DNA of 62,706 nt, filler included, from Nemertoderma westbladi (Eukaryota; Animalia; Xenacoelomorpha), in assembly GCA_032718475.1 (NCBI GenBank). It is 5 parts of 5 records of this genome, joined end to end, with 100 filler letters (N's around TTAATTAATTAA, not from the genome) between each part and the next. Parts side by side here need not be neighbours in the genome. Positions count along the whole stretch, not along the records: positions 1 to 12,525 come from JAUCBJ010006951.1; 4 more parts are not named here. One strand, written 5' to 3'. Under the pieces are notes generated by a model that saw only the letters and a list, made by a program, of their open reading frames with translations, was not told the origin of the DNA and ran no database searches. Position 1 is the stretch's first letter, and each line of letters opens with the position of its first letter. Positions 1 to 11,796 of the stretch are shown piece by piece. Position numbers and translations under genes: made by a program.

Positions 1-1069
1 GTCTACTTAGATGGGATCTATTTCCTCCGCCTTCAGGGTCGGTAGTATCGCCTTCCTCCGAGGATGTGTACCCCTGGCGCTTGGGAGTAGATTTTCTCAT
101 CATCTGCATTTGATTAGCAGTAAACTGTTTATTTATACTGTCTTGTGTCTCTTGCAGATTCTCCAACTCCAGTTGAGCAGTCTGCTCAAATGCTCTCCTT
201 TCTGCTTCTGCGACTGCCTTTGCCACCGCCTTTGCTGCTTTTCTTTCTGCTTCTACATCTGCAGCCGCTGCCTTTCTTTCTGCTTCTGCATCTGCCTTTG
301 CCACCGCCTTTGCTGCTTTACTTTCTGCTTCTGCATCTGCTATAGCCGCCGCCATAGCCGCCGCCTTTTGTTCCTCTATCCTTCTTTTCTTTATTTGTTC
401 TTCTTGGACTCTAACGAGGCGGAGTTTTTCATCACATTTAGCTTGTTCTGCAGCTAACATTTCCGCATCGATTGCGTCCAACACAAGCTTGGTTCCTTCA
501 CTATTAGGGCGAAGTCCAGACAGTCGTCTCCTCAACTCTTCGTCTCCTATGAATCGCTGATAGTCTGACAGATATATGTCAATGGCGTCTCTAGTTCGCG
601 GCTTCTCTGCTGCTGTTAATTCGCTTTCCACTTCGCTTTCCACCTCGCTTTCCACTTGAGAAGAAGTGGCGTCGGTTGATTCTTCATAGGTTGGCCGCTC
701 ATCATAAACCATATCCGCCATCTTCGCTCCGCGTTCGGGCGTCCGCTCAACAGTATCCGAACTACTGGAGCTATCGGGCCGCTGAGAACTAGGTTCTTGG
801 CTAGGAGGTTGCTGCTGTTTTATAGCTTCTTCTTGATCCCGCTTGACTTGGGCCCGAGTGCCTATGGCAGACCAACGGCGCTTCACTAACTTCGCAAAAT
901 GCGAAATCGCTTCTACCAACCTAGGTTCTGATACAACCACTGCAGGGGTTGCCCTTCTTACAGTATGAGGGGTTTCAGACCTCGGCCTGGGATTCTCTAC
1001 ACTTTGATCTGAGAAACAGTCTGTTGTTTCTAGGAGACTATCTGACAGAGTTTGCCTTGTGTCAGCCAT
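1..1069 (-). CDS. Gag-like coiled-coil ORF of a probable LTR retrotransposon, open to the left window edge (>=356 aa; absent from the ORF track)
   Basis: Manual translation from ATG at 1069 (MADTRQTLSDSLLE...) shows no stop before position 1. An acidic/Ser-rich N-terminus precedes Ala/Glu/Lys repeats (KAAKAVAKADAEAERK). A long non-coding leader lies upstream. Gag identity is inferred from architecture only. Confidence 0.55.
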   Translation of the reverse strand, partial: MADTRQTLSDSLLETTDCFSDQSVENPRPRSETPHTVRRATPAVVVSEPRLVEAISHFAKLVKRRWSAIGTRAQVKRDQEEAIKQQQPPSQEPSSQRPDSSSSSDTVERTPERGAKMADMVYDERPTYEESTDATSSQVESEVESEVESELTAAEKPRTRDAIDIYLSDYQRFIGDEELRRRLSGLRPNSEGTKLVLDAIDAEMLAAEQAKCDEKLRLVRVQEEQIKKRRIEEQKAAAMAAAIADAEAESKAAKAVAKADAEAERKAAAADVEAERKAAKAVAKAVAEAERRAFEQTAQLELENLQETQDSINKQFTANQMQMMRKSTPKRQGYTSSEEGDTTDPEGGGNRSHLSR

Positions 1070-4000
1070 GTTTGTTTACACAGTTGAATACCTACGGCTA
1101 CAAATACAGTCAAAGTAAGTCTAGTAATTCAGTATCACCGTTAGCCTAATAATTAATTGCCGATACTGCTGCTCAGTGTAGCGTGATATATATATAATAT
1201 ATTAGAATACCGGTATGCTTATAATATATATAAGTATGATTACAGACTAGATTTGTCACAGAGTACCGGTATATAAATTTAGCACAAATATATATAAATA
1301 TATAATAGGCCTATCGTGAATACCGGTATACAGCTGACACTTATAGTATATATAAGTATAATTATTACAGACTAGAATTAATTACAGAATACCGGTATGA
1401 TTTCAGCTTAAATTTATAGAATAAATATAATAAGCCTATTGTAAATACCGGTATGTCAATTATTTTAGAATAATTGAATTTCTGAATATTTTAGGGTTAC
1501 TTGGTTACTTTAACTTACTTTGTTACCGTTATTTAAGCAGTAGTCCAACTGATTTTGAGACCTAGTTGTTGTATGACAGGCCTACTATTTATAAATCGTT
1601 TGATTTGATTTATAATATTTATATACCCGTTTATATGGGTTTTTGTCAATATTTGAAATAAATGTTATTATTTCTGGGGGAGTCACCACACAGAAGCTGA
1701 ACGCCTCTCAGTGAAGTGCTATTTATTTGACACTAATAACTGATAATTCTAATTTACCTAAGTTACTTAATTACTACAAATTACTTACGATACGGGTGAG
1801 ATTAATTCTCTAGTTAAACACAACAAAAATATTACGTACGAAATTTTTAGGGTAATTTTACAGGAAGTCTACAAACCAGCCCAACAAAGGGTTAGAATTC
1901 TGGTTATTACAACGGACAGGGTACTACGGTATTTGAAATAATAAGTAGTAGTAAATATATTGTACTGTCCAGATAGGAAAATACCACCGCCTGACGACCT
2001 ATAACCGTATCGCTATAGGTACTACGTTATGTATCACGGATTGTTCCTACCCAGAAGCTAATAGAGCTAACGAATGTGCCTATCAACCACTTTACAACAC
2101 AAATATACTGCCTACACTAATTACTTCGGAAAGCACTGTACACTAAACCCTAAATTAGGTACAAGTACCGGTATAACAAATAATCAGTAGTTAAATATAC
2201 TTGAACAGTTAAAAGAACCACGGCATCTGCTGGAGTGACCGAAGCACAAAGTCGTCAGTCTTTACCTACGCCAAGCAGCCCTGATGTAGTACCGGGGTTA
2301 GTTTAACTATAACGGTATGTATAACAAGCACAATTACTGTAGGAATAAACTTGGGGACATGAATGTTGCGAATAATCGCATAAACTCTGAATAATAAATA
2401 TTACGCTACCCGTACAGAATACTCAAACAAATACAAACCAAACGCTGGCAGACTACTATCAAGCCTAAACAAACTACAGTATGTGCAGATTCTGAAACTG
2501 TTAGTTAGTATGCGTTCTAACACGGTAGTACGACTTACTCTTTAAGAGGGGATTGACCTTACCGCATATGGCTGCCCCAACTTACTAACGGCACTTGATC
2601 AGACCAACTCTACACACGCAGCAATCCCTTCAGACCCAAAAATAGCCAGACAACAATCCAGCCTACAAATATTTGAGTAATAACTATTACGGTACCTGAA
2701 CAGACCACACAAACAAACACAGGCTAAAACACTGACAGACTACGATCAAGCCTAAATAAACTACAGTATATGCAGACTCTGAAACTGTTAGTTAGTATGC
2801 GTTCTAACACGGTAGTACGACTTATTCTTTAAGAGGGGATTGACCTTACCGCATATGGCTGCCCCAACTTACTAACGGCACTTTATCAGACAAGCTCTAC
2901 ACACGCCGTAATCTCTCCAAACTCAACAACAGTCAGACAGCAGCTCAGCCTACAATTATCTGAACAATCTGAGCAGGGTCACACGCCTTCTGCTCAATAT
3001 TAGCCTACTAGGAAATAAAACCGACAGAAATAGGTAAAATCTCAATAAAAATTCAGGGCTGCAGTCCCTGATTAAGTACTAAGACCTACCAGTTACAATA
3101 ATCAAAATCGAATAATACTAAATGTACTTGTACAGCAGTACCGGTACCGGTGATGACAGTTAGGCCTACTGACTTACAGAAGTACCGGTTCAGTTTTACC
3201 AGTCACTACGGTATTTTGCAACCTTATTGCCTACTGCAATAAGATTATAAACTGTTACTGTTCGACAGAACAGTATTAAGCTGTATTTAATGCCTACACT
3301 TGCAACCTTATTGCCTACTGCAATAAGATATATATAAACTGTTACTGTTCGCGCTTTTGAAGACCTTTAGCAGTTTAACCCGCCAAAATTTATATGTCTT
3401 TTAGTTAATTAAAACACCTTTAGCATACGACAATATTTTATGCTAATACGCAAAACATTAGCCGAAGGCAGCCCATGCGCGATCATTCACCCGATGGATC
3501 TACACCCGGGAGGCTGAATTCGGTTGCTTAAATTGTATTATTGCAGTGTAAGGTTGCAGTGTATACCTACTGTATTATTCGATAGATCGTTAATAATTAA
3601 TCTCTGACAGATATTATTGGCTTTCGGGAAATATTAACAGTTCCTTTAGGACGTGGCGCTTTATCTATTTAAACAGAACTAAGACTTATACTAAAACGCA
3701 ACGATACTGCTTATGATTGAAGTATAAAGCGTATTCTTTAGGAAATACTTTGTTACCAATCACAATCATACACACTATTCTGCCGACCGTCAGTATATTT
3801 GATCACACATAAAGAGAGCAGCAATTGACTCACGTAGGGTCTGCTAAATAACATTGGATTCAATACACACCACATTAATATAAATCGCAATTGTTATGTA
3901 TAGCCGGTCTCTCTAACCTGTAGTGTATCAAGAAAATTGGGAATTTGGGTGATTTATCCGTATTATCCAAAGAGCAATATTTCCATCAACAAATAGGTAC

Positions 4001-4393
4001 AATTAATAACTGACGGTAAAATAACAGTACAAACAATATGATTAATGCAATTAAATTAAGTGAGCATGTTAATTAGTGAGTTATTGAGATTAGTTAGGGT
4101 AACAGTTTATACTTTCGATAATTTAAGCAGTTTTACTAGAGTTCTTCCCAAAAAGCCGGTGTTTCTGGCTTAGACAGCAATAACAACAAAGTATCAAGTA
4201 AGAGCAGTAAGACTGAACACTCTCCTTATGATCGGCTGAAAAGCTACACGTCGACAGGAAAAATCGCTCTGATTGGCTCAAGCCAAACAAAGAACCATGC
4301 GTCCAATGGCTGTTTCCATGTCAGCAACCAGCTGTTAGATGTCGTAATATGAATCATCACGGCTAAGCTGTGAAAGGTAGTTGGTGCATTACA
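1070..4393 (-). mobile_element. Long 5' leader and putative LTR (about 3395-4393) of the same element
   Basis: On the minus strand ACA-TATAAATT-TTGGCGGG near 3380-3397 resembles an LTR end plus PBS. A CCAAT motif (CTCTGATTGG at about 4267) is shared with the LTR-like segment at 32.8 kb. Boundaries are approximate and no second LTR is in the window. Confidence 0.35.
2448..2955. repeat. Two direct copies (about 290-bp period) with a near-identical ~105-nt core
   Basis: CTGAAACTGTTAGTTAGTATGCG...CTTACTAACGGCACTT occurs at about 2492-2596 and 2779-2883; the flanks diverge more. Confidence 0.9.
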
Positions 4394-4734
4394 GGTTTTT
4401 TGCCTTACCATGTCCGCCAAAACACGTATATAGCAGAATGACTTTTATGTCCGTTAAAACACCTGTAACGGTACCTTGCGGGCGAGGGGAATATATATAC
4501 AGTTAGAGAACCTTTTTAGAGTATTCCAGCGCCTGGGGGGAAACTGGATTGCGAAGCAAAAGGGGCCAGTTATATCCCACAGAAGCTTTTACAGGGGGTT
4601 TGGCTAGAAAAATTTGACTATAAAAATATTCCTTTTATAATTTTGAAAAAACTTGTCTAGATACAACTTGTCCTGTAACCATCTTTAACTTTTGTTTATT
4701 GCTTCGATGCACCCAGATTAATTTTAACACTTTA

Positions 4735-4822
4735 ACTGGGGGGAAGTGTCCGGGGGGGAAGTGTCCTACTTGGGCGGGGGGGAACTGTCCGGGGGGGGGG
4801 GGGGGGGGGGTGTCCTAGATCC
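4735..4822. repeat. G-rich GGGGAAGTGTCC subterminal repeats, probably the end of a non-autonomous DNA transposon
   Basis: Three to four GGGG(A)AAG/CTGTCC units and a poly-G run ending TGTCCTAGATCC. Confidence 0.4.
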
Positions 4823-5149
4823 GTAAAGTGATAATAAAACTTGGCAGAGAAAGTACTTCTTTGTTAGTTGCCCTTCCTATTGAATGCATTACCAGGCCAT
4901 CTCTATACATTTTTCATGAGTGCCAGCTGGTGTTTTATCATTGCGCCTATGGCAATTTTCGTGTTTTGGGGCTATTTTTCGAAATAAAACAAGTTGAGAT
5001 ATTCCAATTTAAACCGCGATTTCTCAAGTACCCTTAGAAATCCATTTTCATGGTCCATGCAAAATTTCATCAAAATCGTTAGAGCTGTTTTTGCTCTAGG
5101 TCAGTAGCCAGTAGCTTTTTTTCTTACAGTAATCAAGTCCTACGACTTG

Positions 5150-5600
5150 CTAATTATGAAACTGCAACATATATATCCTGGAATGGAAAAAGCGTTATAG
5201 ACTTGGTATTTGTCAGTAAGGACCTAGTCGGCACAGTTGATGTTAAGGTTATCCCCACAGTCAACACGAAGCACCAACATGTGTGTATTTGTTTGGACAA
5301 TTCGTCGATCAACAAAAGATCACAAATTCCTCCTACAATTCGTAACATTGACACTGGAAAACTGGCTAAGTCCGTAAACTCAATGCAGATTGAAGATTTC
5401 TCGCTCGTAACATTGGCACTGGGAATCTGGCTAACTCCGTAAACTCAATGCAGATTGAAGATTTCTCGCAGCAATCAGATGACATGTGCAGCTTCATTAC
5501 GAACTCGCTATCAAAGTCGGCTTCTTTGAAGAGTAAGAGGAAATCAAAACCATGGTTCGATAAATCATGCTACAAACTCCAATAAGAGGTGCGTACTGCC
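5150..5600 (+). pseudogene. Degenerate LINE APE-endonuclease C-terminus and linker
   Basis: TYISWNGKSVIDLVFVS...KH resembles the APE IDxxxxS...DH motif, followed by KSKPWFDKSCYK. Stops and a ~43-bp internal duplication (about 5360 and 5428) are present. Confidence 0.6.
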
Positions 5601-5619
5601 CGGTCACGGCTAGACTCAT

Positions 5620-6587
5620 GCGATGCGTAATCGCGTCGCAATTTCCTGCAATCCAATCCTTGTAGCTTGTGCAAACTTAGGTTACTCATCTCTCACTGAT
5701 CGATGGGATGTGCTGCTTCTGTAATGCTCACCCCCCACTTCATGGCTTGCCCCCACATTATCGTGACCTTCTCATATTTCCAATCCTTGCAAATATTATA
5801 TAATATGAATTAATTCAATGTATATCTTATTTTTTTTTTTGAATACATCACACCTGAGCTACCGGTACTCAATTTTAATATTTAATATTTTGAATTCAGT
5901 AATGGGAATTGCTATTCTTTCGGTATTGGTTGGGCAGTGCCTTAGTGTATCTTTTTTTTTGTTTTTTTTTTGTATAATATTGTGCTTTCAAATTGCAAAT
6001 GCGGTACCTTGGATATCGATTTAATTTAGTATTCTATATAGTATTCAATGTATCCTTGTGCATTTAGGTATTAATTGTGCTATGCTGTTAAATTTGGTAG
6101 TAATAATCTGTACAGTATGTTTTATGGGCTCTGCCCGATGAATAAACTTGAAATTGAAATTGATGCGAACAGTTTAAGCTTCATTAATTACAGACGCACT
6201 CAGCAGCTATACAAAGCAACAAACAAAGTAAACAAAAGTAGTCCTACACTAAGTTATTAGTTTATTAATTATTTACTATTTATACTGTAATTACGTTTTT
6301 AATAAATTGTTCTGTACATTACATCTTTATCGTTGAGGCGGGCATTGTCACGCTCTCGGTAAAGTTGTACATGTACATAGTGTAATTACGTTTTATATTG
6401 GTTTTAGGTTAGCGTAGTGTAATATTGCATTTGTAACCAAGTAACATAAAGGACCCCTTGGAAATAAGCTGCAAAGCTTTAGGGGTAATCCTATATGTTA
6501 TGTTGGACAATACCTTTATACCAGTACATTGTTTGGTATATTTGTTATTGTTTTTACATAATGTATAAATAAATCTATCTATCTATC
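5620..6587 (+). mobile_element. Two nested LINE 3' tails interrupting the larger LINE
   Basis: Tail 1 ends with a hairpin (GGGCTCTGCCC), AATAAA and (TTGAAA)n at about 6125-6163. Tail 2 has a hairpin (GGACCCC...GGGGTAATCC), AATAAA and (TATC)n ending at about 6587. Both resemble L2/Crack/RTEX-type 3' ends. Confidence 0.5.
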
Positions 6588-8353
6588 AAAGAAAAGAAAA
6601 AGTACTTTCAGTCTGTGAAGGAGACCCGCTTCTTCGAGCGCTGCGAAGAGGACCAGCATGCGTTCTGGGAAATTACAAAATCTAAATCAGTGGCTCAGCA
6701 AGTTCCGCTAGAATAATGGTCTACGCATTTTAGCAAGTTGCTTTCTCGGAATGTTGCGCCTGAATTACATACCCTTTCAAACAGGACCAACCAGGATCTT
6801 GATGCTCCTACTGTATAACCCAAGCGGAGGTAACAGCTTCTGTGTCTAGCCAAAAATCTGGAAAAGCTGCAGGTCCGGACAGAGTTTCGAATTAATCCAT
6901 CAAGTCTGGCTTTGGTCTCCTGTTACCTTTCCTTTGGGTGCTATTCATAACTTGCTTCGAGTTTGCCTGTCGTCCGACAAGTTGGCTGACGTCCATTGTT
7001 CTACCCTTGTATCGTCCGACAAGTTGGCTGACGTCCATTGTTCTACCCTTGTATCGTCCGACAAGTTGGCTGACGTCCATTGTTCTACCCTTGTATCGTC
7101 CGACAAGTTGGCTGACGCCCATTGTTCTACCCTTGTATAAAGGGAAAGGGAGCAAAGGCTTCGCCGGATTCCTACAGGGGCATTGCGTTGCTTAGTTGCC
7201 TGCTAAAAATCTATACAACCATACTTTTCAACCGCCTTTATCATTGGGCGGAATCCGTGGGAGTTCTTCCCAACTGCCAATATGGTTTTCGGAAAGGCAG
7301 ATCGACAGTAATGGCTGCTCGAAGTCTTCTCTCCTCGGTCACTTCGGCCTTAGCAACCCCTGGAGGACTGTATTGTGTTTTCATAGATTTCACAAAGGCT
7401 TTCGATTCGGTTGATCGCCGATTGCTATGCTCTAAACTTGAGTTCTTGGGTGTCAGCAGTAAAATGATAAGGGCGATTTGGGCGCTGATCGAGTTTAACA
7501 TAATTTGTATCACAGTCGGTGGTTACCTTTCTGACCCTATCTGTCAAATGGTCGGTGTTGTTCAGGGGGACAAGTTATCGCCGCTCCTGTTTAGTATGAT
7601 GATTGCTGATCTTCCCACGGTAGTTGCCACACTAGGCGTTTTCATTCTATTATACACTGATGATCTCATGATATACGGTAACTCTCTAGAAGATGTACAA
7701 GCTACACTTGATAAGCTGTCCATTTACTGCGACCAAAATTTACTAACCGTAAATATGAAGAAGACAAATGCCATTAAGTTTAGAAGGGGAGGGCGCCTTT
7801 CTCGCAACGATAAACTGACATACAAGGGTGATCAAGTAGACTTCGTTAACTCGTTCTCCTATTTAGGGGTAGTATTGTCGACGAAAAACACCTTTGGTGC
7901 TCACTTCGACCACCTAAAGAGTTGCGGAGTTTGCGGATTGCAAGCAAAGTAAATCTAAAGTCAATCTCACTTGACAGTGTAATCAAACTATGGGCCTATG
8001 TCGTCTTCCCAGCAACCGTTTATGGGTGTGAAATTTTAACTGATAGACCCAGAGCAGAATGGAACACACTACCTCACGTTCATAAAGTACGCGGCTTCTA
8101 CTTTAAACTATGGTGTGGGCTGTCAAAGTACAGCTCCACCTCGAGAATTCTCGCTGCCATTGATTCACCCCAAAACGCACAGATTAACCTGCGGTACCTC
8201 TCCCACCAACGAAGGCGTGTAGCCGCACAGTTCCTCTCGAACGCGTACCACCATAAGATCTGTTCTTCTGGATGCTGGAGGCCCACTCCCTCCTGTTTGT
8301 GTCGTCTCTGCGGAGGTTCGGCTGAAGATTTTTCGCACTGTGCTTCCCCTTAA
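6588..8353 (+). pseudogene. Frameshifted non-LTR retrotransposon reverse transcriptase (ORF2 remnant)
   Basis: Motifs KSGKAAGPD, PTSWLTSIVLPLYKGKG, SYRGIALL, QYGFRKGRST, FIDFTKAFDSV, GVVQGDKLSPLLF, YTDD and YLGV, plus a C-terminal Cys/His cluster (CRLCGG...HC). Frameshifts near 7140 and 7925. Confidence 0.9.
6970..7138 (+). repeat. 4 x 42-bp in-frame tandem repeat inside the RT
   Basis: TCGTCCGACAAGTTGGCTGACGTCCATTGTTCTACCCTTGTA x4, encoding (RPTSWLTSIVLPLY)4. Confidence 0.95.
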
Positions 8354-8500
8354 TATACCCTCAATCGGTAATGATCTACACCTGGCGTTCCACCTACAGG
8401 CACTCATATAACGCATATTTTTTAAATTATATAATTAATTGTATTTAGATTTCTATTACTTAGTCTCTCTTATATGACCTACCGGTACTTCTCTTCTCTA

Positions 8501-8875
8501 CAAGCTGCCATCCAGTAAGTCTGCTCATCAAGTACAATGCACACATCTCCAACCAGACACTATATAACATTGGAGGTGTCTCATTGGTTCCCCCAAGCTT
8601 GACACTAGAGCAAAGCCGCCTCCGCTTTGCAGGACATTGCTTCCACCTTGAGGTCCAGCCAGTGCATAATCTTGTACTTTGGCAGCCTCATGGAGTGAAT
8701 AAGCATGGTGGACAGCCCATGACTTTCTTGAGACGCATCTTAAAGGACACTGGCCTTGAAGATGCGGATGATCTAGCAAATGTCATGGGTGATAGGGAGT
8801 TGTGGCGGTGCAATTTTGTTGACAAGCCGGCATTCTTAAAAATGCAGCTGCAATGCAGCATGCCGATCCTAGTAG
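8501..8875 (+). mobile_element. RTE-clade LINE copy 1, 5'-truncated
   Basis: Near-identical to the copies at 20.6, 45.8 and 61 kb. (TAG)n tail; TSD TCTCTTCTCTA at 8490-8500 and 8876-8886; 27 nt of unrelated sequence at the 5' junction. Confidence 0.9.
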
Positions 8876-9184
8876 TCTCTTCTCTATTTATTTATAATTT
8901 AAATATTTTAACAAATTTTACATATCCGTTGGATTTAATAAAGTCACCATTAATCATAACATTATTTAATAATTGAGTACACTTTTATGGCAATCATTTG
9001 GTATGAATATTCAATAATTTATTTAGAGTGATATTTATTATCTATCAATTTAATTAAAGTAATATGAGTAAATTAGTGTACATAATGAAATAGCTTAAAA
9101 TAATTATTTGAATCGATCAATTATATCTCTCGAATAAAATTATTGAATATTGATTGTATGAAAAAATATAAGAAGACAGAGTTG

Positions 9185-10028
9185 TTAGAAAGGCTTAAAC
9201 TTTCTATTGGCTTTCATTTCGGCTATTTTATGTTTGTCCAGCTCGAATCTTTCCTTTAGCTCCGTTACATTGGCTTTTTTCTGCGCGCGCAACTGGAAGC
9301 GATAAAAGTTAAGAAGTTCTCGCTTTTCAGTTTGCCGTTTTAACTTCTTCATGGCGCGAATGTTTGTGGGTTTATGTGCGGGAGGTTGAACGTCTGTCTG
9401 CGCGACTGACAGTCACCCAACCCTCATCGTCTGCTACCGTCGCCTTACCAATAGCCACCTCCTGCTCCTCATTCTGCTTTGTATCGTATTCCGTCATCCA
9501 CTTGTCCACATAGTCCTGTAAATGATTAGCGTCTACGAGATTGGTACGTTTATAATCCGCTATCCATTTATTCATCCCAACTGGAGCGTCGTCAATAGAA
9601 TCGAATAACACCAATGGTTCTTCTGTTTTTAACTTCAAGGCTTTGTACATGGCGGCGTCGGTTTTAAACACGACGTAGGCGACCTGATAACAAATCGGCT
9701 TACTAACAGCGAAGAATCCATCGGGGTCGTCATTGGCTGTTTCTTCGGGGTCTCCAGGCTTCGCCAAAAGTTCAACATTGATAACCTCTCCACAAACAGT
9801 GAACATAGTCTTCAAAGCATCCTTCGTGCAGTAAGGCGGTACATTACGAACGAACATCGTCTTAGCCGTAGGTCGTTGTGGATGTCTTTCTTTGCTTCGA
9901 TATTGTTGCACAAAGAGATGGCGAACCACAAAGTGGGCCTTTGTCACCTTGAAGGGAATAACAGAACATTCTCGTTTATATTTTTTTGTATCAGTACCAC
10001 GACCACGACCACCAGTACCGGAATCCAT
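9185..10028 (-). CDS. RRP7A: Ribosomal RNA-processing protein 7 homolog, intronless, with a +1 frameshift near 9392-9399
   Basis: RRM-like TMFVRNVPPYCT and DDEGWVTV in frame 0. The conserved C-terminus ELLNFYRFQLR...ELKERFELDKHKIAEMKANRKFKPF* is in the +1 frame and ends at TAA 9185-9187. Confidence 0.9.
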
Positions 10029-10327
10029 ATCAATTATCCGTTATCTCAGCTTTTAAATATTTTAAGTAGGTCTATGTGTTTATTATGTATTAATTTCTAG
10101 CAGTCTAGTCTAGACTAGGCCTATGATTAGCTGCCGTCCTGGCTGTACTACTGTTATAGTACTATAAAGCTATCAGCTATAGGCCTAGAGCCTAGTGGTA
10201 CGGTACGGTACTGAAATTGCTACCAGAAACAGAGGCGGAATGATTACGTAAGACAAGATATTTAATTATGAAAAGGATATTCCTATGCCTGTGCTCGTGC
10301 TGTACGCCAAACTGGTTCTATCACATT

Positions 10328-11047
10328 TAAGGCACAGTGACAAACACCTTTCCCCAGTGGCCATTTTTGGACCGATTTGTCTCAAATTTCACACATACAC
10401 TCTCTGAGCTATGTGTAACTTCATAGAAAAAAGATTAAATTAGGGTGATTTTCCGCTTCGAGCAGCACAATTGAAAATCATGAGTTTATGGCTTTTTTCT
10501 CGAAAAGTCAATTTTTGCCTGTTTTCAAATGTGCACCATTTCCTCAATTTTCCTTTAATTTGCCGGAAAATCAACAGACAGACACCCCAGGTCGTGTATT
10601 TAATGCGGTGTCAATTTTACGGCTGCAGACGACGATGTGCCCTTCGCGCAGCACGTGAAAAACTGTATTTTATGTTGAAATACTTAAATTAATTCAGTAA
10701 TTTGACCACTGTCAGTACCGCCCTTCCAGTACCAGACAACCGCACTACAGTGCTACCGGTATCTGCTGCACTACACTGTATGTTCAATTGCAGAATTGTA
10801 CCGGCGGAACTGGGGGAGGAGCTTAAGAATGCCAGTTTAAGTGCCTGGAACGATTTACGATTACCGGTAGCAGAGATTTGGCGGATGTCATAACTTTACA
10901 ATATAATGGGGTAGACGACTCGGAAATTTTTTTTCGAGTTTTCGTTGATTTCATGTGAAAGATCATGTGAAAAAACCCCAGAGAGCAATTTTAGAAATCG
11001 CATCTGAATTTCACTAGCTGTTCGATGCTGCCAGGCTGTCTGTGCCA
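10328..11047. mobile_element. Possible non-autonomous DNA transposon upstream of RRP7
   Basis: Starts TTAAGGCACAG with a partial inverted match CTGTGCC at about 11040-11046. The interior has MITE-like wording and a palindrome-rich tract. No clean TSD. Confidence 0.3.
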
Positions 11048-11337
11048 GCACAACTCAGACAAGAACTTAATTAATCTGAAATCAGATCGCGATGGCTAAA
11101 TGTCTGCCAGTCTTTTGCATCTCCTCACCTTGTGTCGACATTTCAAATCTCCCTCCAATAACACAAACTAGGTACATCAAACTCGATCATACTCTCTGAC
11201 TATAGTTTAAATGGATTTATTGCTGTCCTGTTCCCTGTTCCACAGCTCTGATCGAATATGACTTTAATAGCTGCAAAATCCAAAAGACTGATACCGATAC
11301 GCCTATAGAATTTACAAACTGGACATACCGTAACAAA

Positions 11338-11516
11338 TATGAGGCGCCATGGGCTTAAAAAATATTAAAATGTCGGCGACTGGTTCAGATTCTCGGCAAC
11401 TGGTTTAGATTTCGGCCTAGATTTCGGCCAAGATTTCGGCTTAAAACCGAAATCTAAGCCGAAATCTGAACCAGTCGCTGACATTTTCATATTTTAGAAG
11501 CCCAGGGCGCCCCATA
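11338..11516. mobile_element. Hairpin MITE (about 180 bp)
   Basis: TATGAGGCGCCATGGGCTT...GACTGGTTCAGATT is mirrored by AATCTGAACCAGTC...AAGCCCAGGGCGCCCCATA. Internal GATTTCGGC repeats; CAAA on both flanks. Confidence 0.75.
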
Positions 11517-11719
11517 CAAATATTATCAAGAGAGATAGAGATCACCCTGAGCCATACCTTCTCTGAATATCAGGTTATTAATTTCGGGTAGAAGTAGCGC
11601 CTGTGCTGCTACTGTATGGTATAGCACCTTACCAGCCCTTATTGTTGGGCTGGGGCTCTTACTGCAGAAAGGTACCAGATCACTTGATCATTTGGGCATA
11701 GATTAGCAGCCTTAGCATT

Positions 11720-11796
11720 GGCGTCAGGTGAGATCGAACTGATGAGCTGTAGGTTGGAAGTACTGTAGGTGCTCTAACCTTTCCGATAGCAGCTCT
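11720..11796 (-). other. Degenerate tRNA-like/SINE head
   Basis: The minus strand has GGTTAGAGCAC (A-box/D-arm-like) and AGTTCGATCTC (B-box-like) at tRNA spacing. Confidence 0.4.

Noticed and set aside
11-457. Cys-rich plus-strand ORF
   Set aside because: Antisense shadow of the minus-strand Ala/Glu/Lys ORF.
9385-9420. 13- or 19-nt micro-intron rescuing the RRP7 frame
   Set aside because: GT...AG pairs exist, but all verified introns here are at least 288 nt, and some options delete the conserved WVTV motif; the 4-bp duplication is simpler.
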